DNA of 63,967 bases, filler included, from Basidiobolus ranarum (taxonomy: Eukaryota): NCBI GenBank assembly GCA_040143965.1. It is 3 parts of 3 records of this genome, joined end to end, with 100 filler letters (N's around TTAATTAATTAA, not from the genome) between each part and the next. Parts side by side here need not be neighbours in the genome. Positions count along the whole stretch, not along the records: positions 44,775 to 63,967 come from JASJQH010000256.1; 2 more parts are not named here. One strand, given 5' to 3'. Below are positions 52,454 to 63,967 of this stretch, one piece after another (within the stretch, counting starts at the first letter, position 1; each line of letters opens with the position of its first letter). The translations under genes were made by a program, and so were the position numbers. The notes under the pieces were generated by a model. The model made no database searches and was not told the DNA's origin. It worked only from the letters and a program-made list of their open reading frames with translations.

Positions 52454-55346
52454 AAGATTACTTTCAACTGACTCGACGGAATATAAAGCCGATCAGGGTA
52501 GAGAGTTGTAGAGTATTATGTGTAATTTGATACTTTACAAATTTAGAATTAGTTTAACAAGAATTACAAAATACAGTTATGAATGATGCTGTAGCGATCA
52601 ATATCAATCAAATAGTTAACAAAGATTTTTGAACGGGATAGGTGGGAAAGGAGACTGTGGTGTAGCGAGAGCTGTTGAAACCAACAGAAGAAGGAGGGTA
52701 CAAAGTGAGAGGAGGAGATATCTTTCAGAAATTGTTAAATTAATCCCGAAGTAAAATACAGGACAGAATATTGTCCATAAGTTGGAGCTTGTTAAAATAT
52801 AAAGGATAATTATCAACACGAGTTTGAGTGGTTAAACTTATTGAGATAAATTGACCGCATCTGTAAGCAACTTGGACGGAGTCTCAAACCTGCATCTTCT
52901 ACAAACTAAATGACAATTTGTCTAACTCCCTCTCATATCTCCACTAGGAAGCAGCACCTTGAATTGCTATAGAATGCAATACTGCTGACGAAATGCTATC
53001 AAGCAAAGTGTTTCACCAGCATTGACTAGCCCAGTGAGTAGCCATGAGTTTATAGAAACTTGCAAGTTTATCCACAGCCAAGATAGACATTTACCAAGTG
53101 TCAATTCGATCCCTAGCCACCCGTTGTTACCTTTAGATTGAAATGTAAATATTTGTTTTTAATAATGTATGGTCACCTATCGAGCTGTTGGTAGCCTAGA
53201 GATTGATGGGCTAATCCAGATCATTCGGAGGAATTTGTTACACATAGTAAACACATTACTCTGCTACGTCATTGTTAAAGGCTATGCGTAAATTCATGAT
53301 CTCATACTTGGGCCTAATCCTATGTACATGCTTTCTATAGTTCTATCTATAATATTTGCCAGGGAATATTATAAGGATATGCGGGGATGTTGACCCATCA
53401 ATCTAGTGCATGCGAAGTTAACAATGTCAAACTGTGATGCTGTTATATATACGGGGTAATAATGAACACTAAACCTTTGTAGATTGAGTGCTTTCCACAC
53501 CTAAAACACACAGCTAAGCTTACAAAGTGCATGACTTGCTACGTACCATTGGGTTTACTGAGCCTGAATGAGAGCAGATTCAGATAATGCTGAAGGCAGA
53601 GATCATTTGCCCTTTAATTTCACAATCATGTGAAAAGATAGAGCACGAGTTTGGAGACACAGGCTTGAATTAACAATTAATTGAACTGACTGAACTGAGA
53701 TTAACAAAGTATACAGCAGTTAAGTCATTATGAAGTAACAACAATGTAGCAGCTGCAGTTCATATATTTTGGAACAGGATTTCAATGCTTAGTGTCTTAT
53801 TATATTTTCATTTATTGGGCTTAACAGCATAATTCAAGTTTTGCATTAGCCATGATTAAATGGTTTATACATTACAATCGTAGTCATTTGAGGGTTATAT
53901 GCCACATGTAGCAAACTATGATCGCTTGATTTTCATACTATGAGAGGTTCAATATTGATTCAACTGAGGTGATTAAAATACCTGTCACGTTTGAGTCAGT
54001 GATTTCTATGTCAACTCAAAATCCTTATATTAGGCTACATTCTCGTAGAAGCGCAAGAGAGGCATAGATAAAGCATCTAAACGATTGGTATATTCTGCTA
54101 TATCCGAATGATTGAGGAGGAGGGTTAAATCTTTGCCACGTTAGTCAACAGCAAAGGCGGAACTTATCCCCACAAGCTCCAGCTAACTATCGCCTCGAAA
54201 ATCCTTAGAAACTTTGATGCTGCGTGTATCTTACAAACACGGCTAGCCACAAGTGAATATCCTGAGTAAACCTCTGAAAGAAAATGCTACATATAGTCGT
54301 TGGGGCTATCCTCTCTTCACCGAGCGATACTATCACCGCTCACTTCTTTTGGCGAGCTAAGAATCAATGATATCATTATGCGAACCATTTTCCACATAGC
54401 AAACCATACCATCACAATATAATATATAAGATATTTTGGCTTTCCTCTGATTAAACATCATTCCTTAGCATGTTGCTTCAAAAGTGTCTTCGATTGGGAA
54501 CAGAAGCCATGTGCTTAGAAATCTCTGCATATTTATCATGGGTTTTTTTACTTTTAGTTATATACTGATATGTTATTGAGTTCCAATTATCAAGGAACTT
54601 GAAGAAAATAATTCAAATGTCGTCGACCTGGAATATACAGGAGCATCCTGAAATTTATGCATAGCATTGCTAAGTAGTCGCTCTAATGGTAAAGTGTACA
54701 TTTCCTCATCAGCCAGTGTCACAATTATATGTCTATTATGCTTCACTCTAATTTCGAGAATCCAGTGATCAGAAAATTACCATTCGTGCTCAACTATCCA
54801 GATTAAACACTGCAAGTAGACTCGAGATATAGCTATCTAGTATAACCTAACCCTATAATAAGCCACTCCATATCAAATTGGTGGGCTAGAATTGATGCAA
54901 ATCCTATGCTAAACTATATCTCTCAAGTGGTTAGGTTATATGATCGCTTTTTCGTGTTTGGTGATTTTCTAGAAATGCTGATTGATCGTTAGTGGATTAT
55001 CAAATTCGATTAATCAAAAATAATTCAATCTAATGCCGTGGATAAACAAAGTTTAATGAATAACGATTCTGGACCAGCTATAAGGGGACCTTGGTCACCT
55101 CGGTGGTCTCGATTTGATACCAAAATGGGATGTAGAACATCCGATATTTTGAAACAAAAAACAAGCGATCCCGTGTACTCGCGTATGCTCCCAAATGGTA
55201 CACTATCGGGTAAACTAGGGTAGCATGTAAGAACTCTCGGTTTGGAAATCGACTTGACAGCTCAAAATAAAAACCCACTTATAACTAAGAAATGAGGAAA
55301 ACGAAATAAACTCGGAAGGTTTGTTTCATATTCGGACAAATGGAGT

Positions 55347-55603
55347 GGATTTGATTGGCGGCTGTCAGTGTGAATTGCCGAGCTGGTGCTACGCGATTAC
55401 TGACGTGGGAGTGGGAAATGGCGATGCCTATCCAAAAGGGTCCAACGGTTCAGTACGGCTAGTAACTGATTTACCACGAAGGATGTTTCGGTAGCGGGGT
55501 GCGGTGGTTCAGTCTCCAATATGGATCAAGTCTAGTCTACACCGTGGCGAGTCAGCCTAACCATTCATCAGTGGTTCTGCCCCACCCTCATCCTGTCAAA
55601 TCC
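55347..55603 (+). ncRNA. Candidate structured non-coding RNA (group-I-intron-like core possible)
   Basis: GC-rich island closed by the terminal stem GGATTTGA/TCAAATCC, with many internal stems whose G-U pairs work on the + strand. Folded by eye only. Confidence 0.45.
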
Positions 55604-56050
55604 CCAAAAAATCACAATCCGGAAGCGATGATGAGTGCACTCTCAATTTCTCTAGATCACCATGTGAACGACAATAATGTCACCTGTCAATCATTCTCTT
55701 GTCTCACTCTTGTTGATCATAAAATCGTGGGGCTCCTGACATTGCTTGATCCGAAAAATCCAGCTAAATGATGTTGAATTTCAAACTTGGGGTAATGGCA
55801 TAATTTATTATGATCCACAATGCTATGGAGGTTGGCAATCTGAGAATGCTCCCCTAGTTTCGGAACCCGAAATGGATCTCTCGTATAACTTCGGAAAGTG
55901 GTGCCCCTTTCCCCAACCCAAGTTTTCGAATTTTAACCGAAATATATTCCTGGAGTTTGCTAACAACTTTCTGTTTGAACTCAGCCCTTTACTCTTTCCT
56001 TTGTTCTCCCGCTCCTCCTCTTTTTTGAATTTGTAACTAACCAAGCAAAT

Positions 56051-57122
56051 ATGTCTGCCGCGCTTTTGACCACCGCCTGCAAGGCTTCTATGAAGCCATT
56101 CATGAGACAAACCACTCCTTTGGTTGGTACCAGCATAAGAACTTCTCTATTGTATAATCCTAACCAAATCTGTTAATTTCATAGCTCGCAAGCCTCGGAG
56201 CCAGGAGCTTCCAATCTGCTACCGTATCTCAAGCAAGTGAAGAAACTCCTGTTACTGCTAAAGAACCCTTGTATAAAACCTTTTCCATTTATCGTTGGGT
56301 ACGTGATTTTACTGCTAGAATCATCTTTGCCTCTACATTCTAATATTTGGTTGCTCATTTATAGAATCCTGATGAGCCCACCGAAAAACCTAAACTTCAA
56401 GACTATACTATCGATGTTAACACCTGTGGCCCAATGGTACTTGATGCTTTATTGAAGATCAAGAATGAAATAGATCCTACTTTAACTTTCCGTCGTTCTT
56501 GCCGTGAAGGTAACTTTTTAAATACTCTATATTACCTCAACTAGTGAACTTTTATTGATTGTGTTGGGTACTTGGTTGATTTATAGGTTTCTGCGGTTCT
56601 TGCGCTATGAATATTTATGGTGGCAACACTCTTGCTTGTATCTGTAAGATTGAACGCGAGGAGAAATCCGACGTCAAGATTTACCCATTGCCCCATATGT
56701 TTGTTGTCAAGGATTTGGTCCCTGATTTGAACAATTTCTACAAGCAATACAAGAGCATTGAACCTTTCTTGAAGCAGAAGAAGCCTCTTCAAGAAGGAGA
56801 TCGCGAAAATCTTCAAACCATCGAAGACCGTAAGAAGTTAGACGGTTTATACGAATGCATTCTCTGCGCCTGCTGCTCTACTTCATGTCCTTCTTACTGG
56901 TGGAATCAAGATGAGTATCTTGGCCCCGCAGTTTTAATGCAAGCTTATCGTTGGATGATTGACTCCAGAGATGAATTTGGATCCGAGCGCCGCGAGAAAT
57001 TACAAAACCCCTTCAGTTTGTACCGCTGCCACACCCTCATGAACTGTGCCAGAACATGTCCTAAAGGATTAAACCCTGGTAAAGCCATTGCCGAAATCAA
57101 GAAGATGATGGCTGCCGAATAA
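56051..57122 (+). CDS. SDH2: Succinate dehydrogenase iron-sulfur subunit, 4 exons
   Basis: Mitochondrial presequence, [57 protein letters not shown]. Confidence 0.97.
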
Positions 57123-58422
57123 ATTTGACACACGCATACTTTACTAGAAATAAATATTCATAAAGATTTTCACAGATAGGGCTGATAATTTGATGGTTCG
57201 AGTTTTAGTCCATTTGTTCTCATTCCAATGTGTAAATTCCTCATTCTCATACTCATACTCGAATATCTAACCGTAGTTCAATTAGTTGATTCTTCAGTTG
57301 CTTCACTTTCCAAAGATTACGTCAATTTCCAACCATTCCAAAATAAACCCCATGAATATCTATTTTCTCCAATCAGCCAGTATCACATGTTACTTTTATC
57401 CGCAAGAATTAGGGAGGCCCAATCCCATCTCAGTGTCTTGATTATTCACGGATTGTTTCTTTAATTAGCGACATCGACCCTACATGTATGGTATCATCCA
57501 TGAGCTGTGGTTTTCTTGTGTCAACTCTTTAGATAGTCTGACCTGGGGAAGCCACTTCCTGCAACGACCATAGAAACTTATGCAAACCGGTGCATGAAAT
57601 GAGTTGTGTGCCCAAAGCTTAAGCTATGTTGTCATTTTAAGCTAATCATATATTTCACCAACAATTTTGACCTACTCGACATGGTGTGACAAATAGCATG
57701 TTTGAAATGCCGTTTGATTTCAGATTTGGCTCAACACTTGCCCCAGGAAATCCACCGTATTCTGTCGCGATTCTGTAAGCGATTGTGGCCAAATCGCAGC
57801 CTTCGTCAGGTCACCTTTGGCTTGTGTTGGGTTTATCTAAAACGGCGTAAGAACGTCAATGGAAATTCATTGCTAAACGACATGTCTTCTGGAAATAACC
57901 TACACATTTTATTGAATCGTCTCAAGACACGGTACGGAGCGCCTTGGCAGCGTCATTTTAAATCAGTTGAAATTTAATCATGTGTGGTTAATTTCAACAC
58001 GGGAAATATTCCTGCCTTCTCTGCCTCACTATCAGTCCTATCAGTCTGCTCTAATTAAAATAATGAAAAATCCAAGTTACTTGACCAAGTGTGAACCAAT
58101 CAGAGGCAAGTATTCATGTTGGGCTGAGATGATGTATGTAATCAAGCCTGGGGATATCTCTGGTCTGTTAAATATAGAACTTCGAAAGATCGCGGATGAT
58201 AAAAATGGTAATACCTAATATCTTTGATTGGGCTCTATCCGTTCGATATTCTCTTATATATTTTGATTCGATACCCAAAGTCTGTTTTCTGTAACCAGTG
58301 ATTTTTGAATATCTGCTCAGATTTGATCTATATTTCATCTTCATATTCATCAGTTATTCTAGATTTGTTTAAAACTCCCTTTCTCTTGTCGTTCTCACTA
58401 CGTGCCATTTCTCTTTCGTCCG

Positions 58423-59998
58423 ATGAATATCCATCTTAAGAGGGGAATCCAAACCGTTTGGATCAAAGTTCTAGTACTGATCCTGTTATTTAGTGGATTT
58501 TGGCTATTTCTGGGAAATCGCATTTCTTCAGGCCTAACTTCAGTGCCCGCACCAAATGCCGACTTGGTAGAGAGTCCAAATTCTCCTTCAATAGGTTAGT
58601 TTTTTTACCATCATCTTGTCGTATCTTGGTGCATCCGCGCAAACATAGTTCTATTGTACCCTAGGAGGCTTATATTAACCTTTTCTCATAATAGTGGACT
58701 CGACTGCATCTATGCATTGTGACATAGCTCATCCAGGGAAGCCCTTAATTCAATATGTCATCATGATCGATGCTGGCTCAACTGGTTCACGTGTCCATAT
58801 CTACAAGTTTAATTATTGTAAAGAAAACCCCGAACTGGAGTCTGAGGTGTTTGAGATGCTTAAGCCAGGATTGTCTTCGTTCCCATCCGACCCTACTGGC
58901 GCTGCTGAAAGCTTAGACAAGTTAATGCTGTTAGCCCAGAAGAGCGTACCTAAACATTTGCATGATTGTACACCAGTTGCCGTTAAAGCTACGGCTGGAT
59001 TAAGACTTTTGGGACCAGAGGCTAGTAATGCGATCCTTGCTGCTGTACGCCATAGATTAGAGACGGTATTTCCTTTCCCAGTCGTTAAAGATGGAGGAGT
59101 GGAGATAATGGACGGATCCAATGAAGGTGTTTATGCATGGATTACCGTGAATTACTTGTTGGAAAAACTTGGACAACCTTCAAAATTACCAACTGCTGCT
59201 ATCTTTGATTTGGGTGGTGGGTCTACACAGATTGTCTTCGAACCCACATTTCCTACTGGTAAGTACTTAGCAGCAGGTGAGCACAAATATGAGTTAGACT
59301 TTGGTAATCGCGGATATGATCTTTATCAGCACAGTTATCTTGGCTACGGGTTAATGGAGGCCCGTAAGCGTATTAAAGCCTTGATTGCTGACTCGGATAA
59401 ATCTCAGTCGACTATTAGCCATCCTTGCATCTTCCCCGATACCCCAGTCGATTTTGAATTGAAATCTGATAATTCCACCGCGGTTCGTAACATCAAGTTC
59501 ACCGGTAGTGCCAAAGGAATGAAGGAATGTCACAAAGTTGTTCAGGAGGCGTTGAACAAATCTAAAACTTGCAGCCCTCAGCCATGTGCATTTGATGGAG
59601 TTTACCAGCCTAGCTTGGGAACCACTTTTGAGAACAACGATATATACATTTTCTCGTATTTCTACGATTTAACCAAGGCACTTGGTATGAATGATGAGTT
59701 TAAATTGGAAAAGTTGCGTGAAGTAACCGAGCATGTATGCCAACAAGATATCGAATACCTCGAAGGTTTGTCTACTGGCGTGGACATCAAGCAAGCCTTG
59801 AAAGACAATGATCATTATTGCATGGACATGACGTTTATTTATTCCTTGCTTCATGATGGTTACGATCTATCAGATTCTAGAGATGTTAAAGTAGCCAAAA
59901 AGATCAAAGATATGGAGACTGGTTGGTGCTTAGGTGCATCCATCTCACTTTTAGATCAGGGTAGCTACTGCAAGGTGACGGAGATCCAAAAACCTTAG
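58423..59998 (+). CDS. GDA1: Golgi guanosine diphosphatase (GDA1/CD39 family); exons ~58423-58594 and 58695-59998
   Basis: N-terminal TM anchor and apyrase conserved regions IDAGSTGSR, KATAGLRLL, EGVYAW, DLGGGSTQ, GWCLGA. Confidence 0.93.
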
Positions 59999-60999
59999 AT
60001 AACCAACCTCAAGATTGCCCTTTTACTTGTTACTACGAGCAGTATTTCTCAAGGATATCGACTTTTCGTGAGACAGATTTATTGTATTCTTTTATTTTAT
60101 CTTTATACGGTAGTGACCGAGCAAAGTCCTTGTCCATTGTTTACAATACCTTTAATATGTTCATCCTTTGACACATAGTTCCCTATTTTAAGTTTACTTT
60201 ATATGTAGAGTCTTTCATCTAAATTCATAATTTTAACAAGAAATAAACATTCATAACTTTGATTTATTATTTTTACTTTGGTTATCCTTAGTTATGGGGA
60301 AATGGGTGCTATGGTTATATTCGAAAATCCAAATGTTCTTGGTGATTGAGTTCATTGTATGAGATAACTGAAATATGTACACGGACAACAGCTCTTATTT
60401 GTACTCCCTTTAGTTTGCACTAAAAGTTTCGACAGCACTCTACTAATGATCAGTTTTTTTCCAAATATCTCCAAGTCCAAACACGAAGGTCTCAAATTCC
60501 GGTATTCTCTTTCCATGTGCTTTGGCTTCAAAACGGGTTTCGTTAGGAAAATGAAGTATTCTCAAATCTCATTTGTGATACAAAGTCAGTCACATGTAAT
60601 TTAAGATGGATTGAGCTACTTTGACTGATATGGTAACAAAAATGGGTTGGTTTTCCCCTTCTAGCTCAATGTTTGTTTATCTCTGGTGTGAATCTACTTA
60701 ATAGAGCATCGCTTCATGCACCACAATCTTAACACATCTTAACTATCGCTATTGTAGATATATGAAGTGCTTCTTCATATACAAAAGAAGTTGGTCTATC
60801 CACGCAAGGCTTAGACGAGGGCACAATATGGTACATGATAAGTTGAAGAATTCTCTGATGTTAACCATCAATAAAACACTCCCAAATCTGTTGCCTTTTT
60901 CGTCAATTTACATTTTAGAAGAGGCCATTATTAAGACGCACTCTGTTTGCGTACTAAGTTTATTTTAAGGTAGACAATGTAAACATCAATGCACAAGAA

Positions 61000-62090
61000 A
61001 TACTAATTAATCCGTTAACTTAAGCATTACCTGCATATTTCTCTCTGAACGATTTGCAGAAAAGTAACCTTTTATCCCGGACTTGGTCGTCATTAATTTC
61101 TCTCTTAATCACACCTTTTGGCTCCAACATTAAACTATATTCCAGATTTAATTGATAGGGGCTCCCAATCTTCACAAAGCACTCCATTACTGACAAAGTT
61201 CACCCAAAATTGAGTCGTTTTCACCGAAACTTTTTGTTTCCCTTTGTTCAAATATTCCTGCAGATTAAATATAAAATAAACCTCTGCCATATAGTCAATC
61301 CCGAAATTCAAAGCCGCGGTCGTTTGTAATGGGGAGTTGAACTGGTAAGAGTAAACCTTTCGTGAAGAACTAACGGAGTCTTCCATACGAGCTAGTGCAC
61401 GGATGGTCTCTCGAATAAGTTTCGAGAATAATTTATCACCATAAATCTCAGTATTTTGATAAAGTCTAGGGCTTTGTTTGATGATCACTCCGTCAATGGT
61501 TTCCTGCCAGAATAGGTTCACGTTGTCCAACTTTTTGGTTATAACTTCAAGAAGTCTATCGCTAGATATTTCCCGAAGTTTTTCTACTTTGTCACCTTTG
61601 CCAATATCCAAGTGTTCACATATCATATCGAAGAGAACCAGCTGCTTTTCTACCGGAACCGTAGGTATAGTGTCCACCCCACCTGACTGAAGGATGGCTC
61701 ATTGAAACAACCCTCTCGAGATGACGAGGTGATGAGCGATGGTGACAGAGCTGGCTGATTCACTAAATGCATAAAAGCGCGTATCATCACCTCCAAAGTA
61801 GGAGATATTTTCTTTTATCTAAAGAAATCCAGTGAGCTGCAAGGTTTTGGCTGTTTTGTTCGTGAGTGTTAAGTTACTAGCCAAGTGGCCAAAAATATTC
61901 ACACGATAGTTGAAGCCAATCACGATTACTGGATATTTTGTGACTAAATTGAGACCGTCTAAAGAAAAGAAGAAAATATTCCATAATTTTAGAGTAGGGA
62001 AGTAAGTCTACTATATACAATGTAAACCTTGGCAAATTACCGTAAATTGGAAGTGAATTGGTCTCCTCTCGTAAAGCGCCTCCATGTGCC
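61000..62090 (-). pseudogene. Type-B carboxylesterase pseudogene
   Basis: HGGAL, FNYRVNIFG, IKENISYFGGD, FSESAS (normally FGESAG) and GLFQ*AILQSG, with in-frame stops at 61821-61819 and 61701-61699. The expected catalytic His region reads GIDYMAE. Confidence 0.8.
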
Positions 62091-63967
62091 CAGACCTGAG
62101 AAGAGAATATTACAAGTATACACTATCTTCTACTTTATATGCTCATATATGCTTACGAACCATTACACGCCAACCAGCGCGCGGTCTTGTCTCCAAGGGT
62201 GGTGTCCAAATATTCAGGTTCAAAAAGTTATCCTCATTTGATTTCAATGTGTCAGGAAATCCTGGTAAAATTTCTTACTGTGATTTTGATTGAGGACATG
62301 GGCCTTCCATAATAATACCGTTTGTCCTTATATCAGGCTCGTATGTCACAGCTAAGATAGTACTTGGCCTGATGAAGTTGGACCGTTGTTGAGTCTGAAT
62401 CTTTTTCAGTATTCACTTTTGTGTTCAGGGAAGCTTAGAAACTATGAAAATAGATTTAGCGCTGTCTGTTTTATATTGCATATGACTTTATGCCCATACT
62501 TTATAATAATTATTATTATCACTTTTCAATATGCTCGTGATCAACTACTAATTGTTGATCTGAAAGTAATTATGCTACTTCCAGGAGCATGAGATAGCTA
62601 AATTATGATATACAGTGGGTATCTTCGGTCAATCACCTAGTGTCCTGATTCACTTTAAAAGAAATGGAAATATAATCAGTTTTGAGAATCCATGGCTTTT
62701 TTGCTGTCAGTGGGCAATAAAAAAACACTTGACTTCCTCACTATATTTATATATGGCAAAAGCTGTTGTAAATATTTGGGACTAATTGCAAGTGCTTAAG
62801 ATAATTAGAAGAGATATATGTGTACTTGAGTGTTTAACTCGCACATTACTAAACTACTATATTATGGCAAGAACAAAATACTATTTTGTGCCATACCAAT
62901 ATAGCAGCCATTAATGTCATATACGGAAGCATTGCTTAGAAATGTACCTGGTGTTGGTTCAAGCTATCATATATAAGAACTGCCCTTTGTGGAGCATTTT
63001 TTGAATCCGACTAAATTGAGTAACTATTTTATACCTGTAATTTCTAATCAAGCCTTGCAAGTTCATTAATCATATCATATGTCGGACTACTATCTATCTG
63101 ATCTAATCTCACGAGTACTTGCTTTTCTAATATTGCATTAATCTTCAGATCTAATTAGTTGTATGAGTCTCAGGTCATGGATAACCTTGGTTAAGCCGTC
63201 CTCGGAGTTAGCAATTGCTCAAGTATATTACTCTCATCAATTTGTATTACATTTAGGATTCCTCTTGTCATTTAAAATATACTTTTTTGATTACTACATA
63301 CATCACTGCGCCAATAAAGCGCTGTCATTTAGTAGTGATCTCCATAAATTACATATTTTAAACTATTCTCATCTCAGAATTGCCTAGCAAGTGTACAGGA
63401 TAGAAACTCCCTCAAGTACACTTCCTTCTCTCAGATATATAATTGTAGTGCTCCATTACTATGAAGGACTTCATCAACCTCTACATTTCAGCACATACTG
63501 TTTCATAAACATTATGAGTGAATTTGATATATAGACTTGGATAATGTGATTGTTGCAGCAGGTAAAAATTTGTAATTTTCTTTGTCCATTGTGATTGTTG
63601 GATAATTAATCTTTATTCAACATCATAGTTAACTTTAGTTATGATACATATATCAGAAACAGAAAGCAATGTATCTATAGCCCCTATATTCTACATAGGA
63701 ATATCACTATATCTATATAACAAGTATGTCTTATGACCCCTGCTTATCTATTATATCTTATTACACAAACTCCTGAATATTTCAAACAATTGATTTACTT
63801 TTCTACTATATAAGTCACCATATACTCTTAAGAATAAAGTAACTAAAACACACTATCATAAGTTGCTTCTAATACTCAAAGTCAACCCCCATTATGTCAA
63901 GATCCTCCAACATGGTAGCAGTGAGTGAATTAGAGTCTTCTTCCCAAAAGGAGATTACTAATGTTCC

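Noticed and set aside
55025-55075. AATAACGATTC resembling U12 snRNA
   Set aside because: The branch-point pairing sequence GTAAGGA and an Sm site are missing.
55556-55562. CCTAACC as a possible telomerase RNA template
   Set aside because: Only 7 nt, near the 3' end of the structure, with no supporting downstream pseudoknot recognised.
55480-55580. Hammerhead-like CTGATGA...CGAAAC on the minus strand
   Set aside because: Stems I and III and an NUH cleavage triplet cannot be formed properly; CTGATGA sits in the loop of a simple AACCA/TGGTT hairpin.

Overview
AT-rich eukaryotic nuclear DNA with many short GT-AG introns (about 50-120 nt, CTAAC/CTGAT-type branch points). It is a fungal draft assembly with two 100-nt N gaps, each holding a TTAATTAATTAA spacer. 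Gene content and a strongly divergent EF-1alpha suggest an early-diverging fungus such as Basidiobolus (inference only). Housekeeping genes: Ded1 helicase, Erd1, Ran/Gsp1, Rex3-like (partial), Nse3/MAGE, mL53, Snu23, MedA, TANGO2, a CNMT-like methyltransferase, Sdh2 and Gda1. Main points of interest: (1) a decayed, intron-containing Fanzor1/TnpB-type RNA-guided nuclease gene at the left edge, inside a probable Tc1/mariner-like element; (2) a 4-kb intronless gene for a secreted, MnxG-like multicopper (manganese) oxidase of bacterial type; (3) two more intronless bacterial-looking genes (SMI1/KNR4-SUKH, LysP-like permease); (4) a ~257-nt GC-rich structured RNA candidate upstream of SDH2 that can be drawn with a group-I-intron-like core outside any rRNA gene; (5) the divergent EF-1alpha. 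Exon boundaries and family calls were made by eye, with no database searches.
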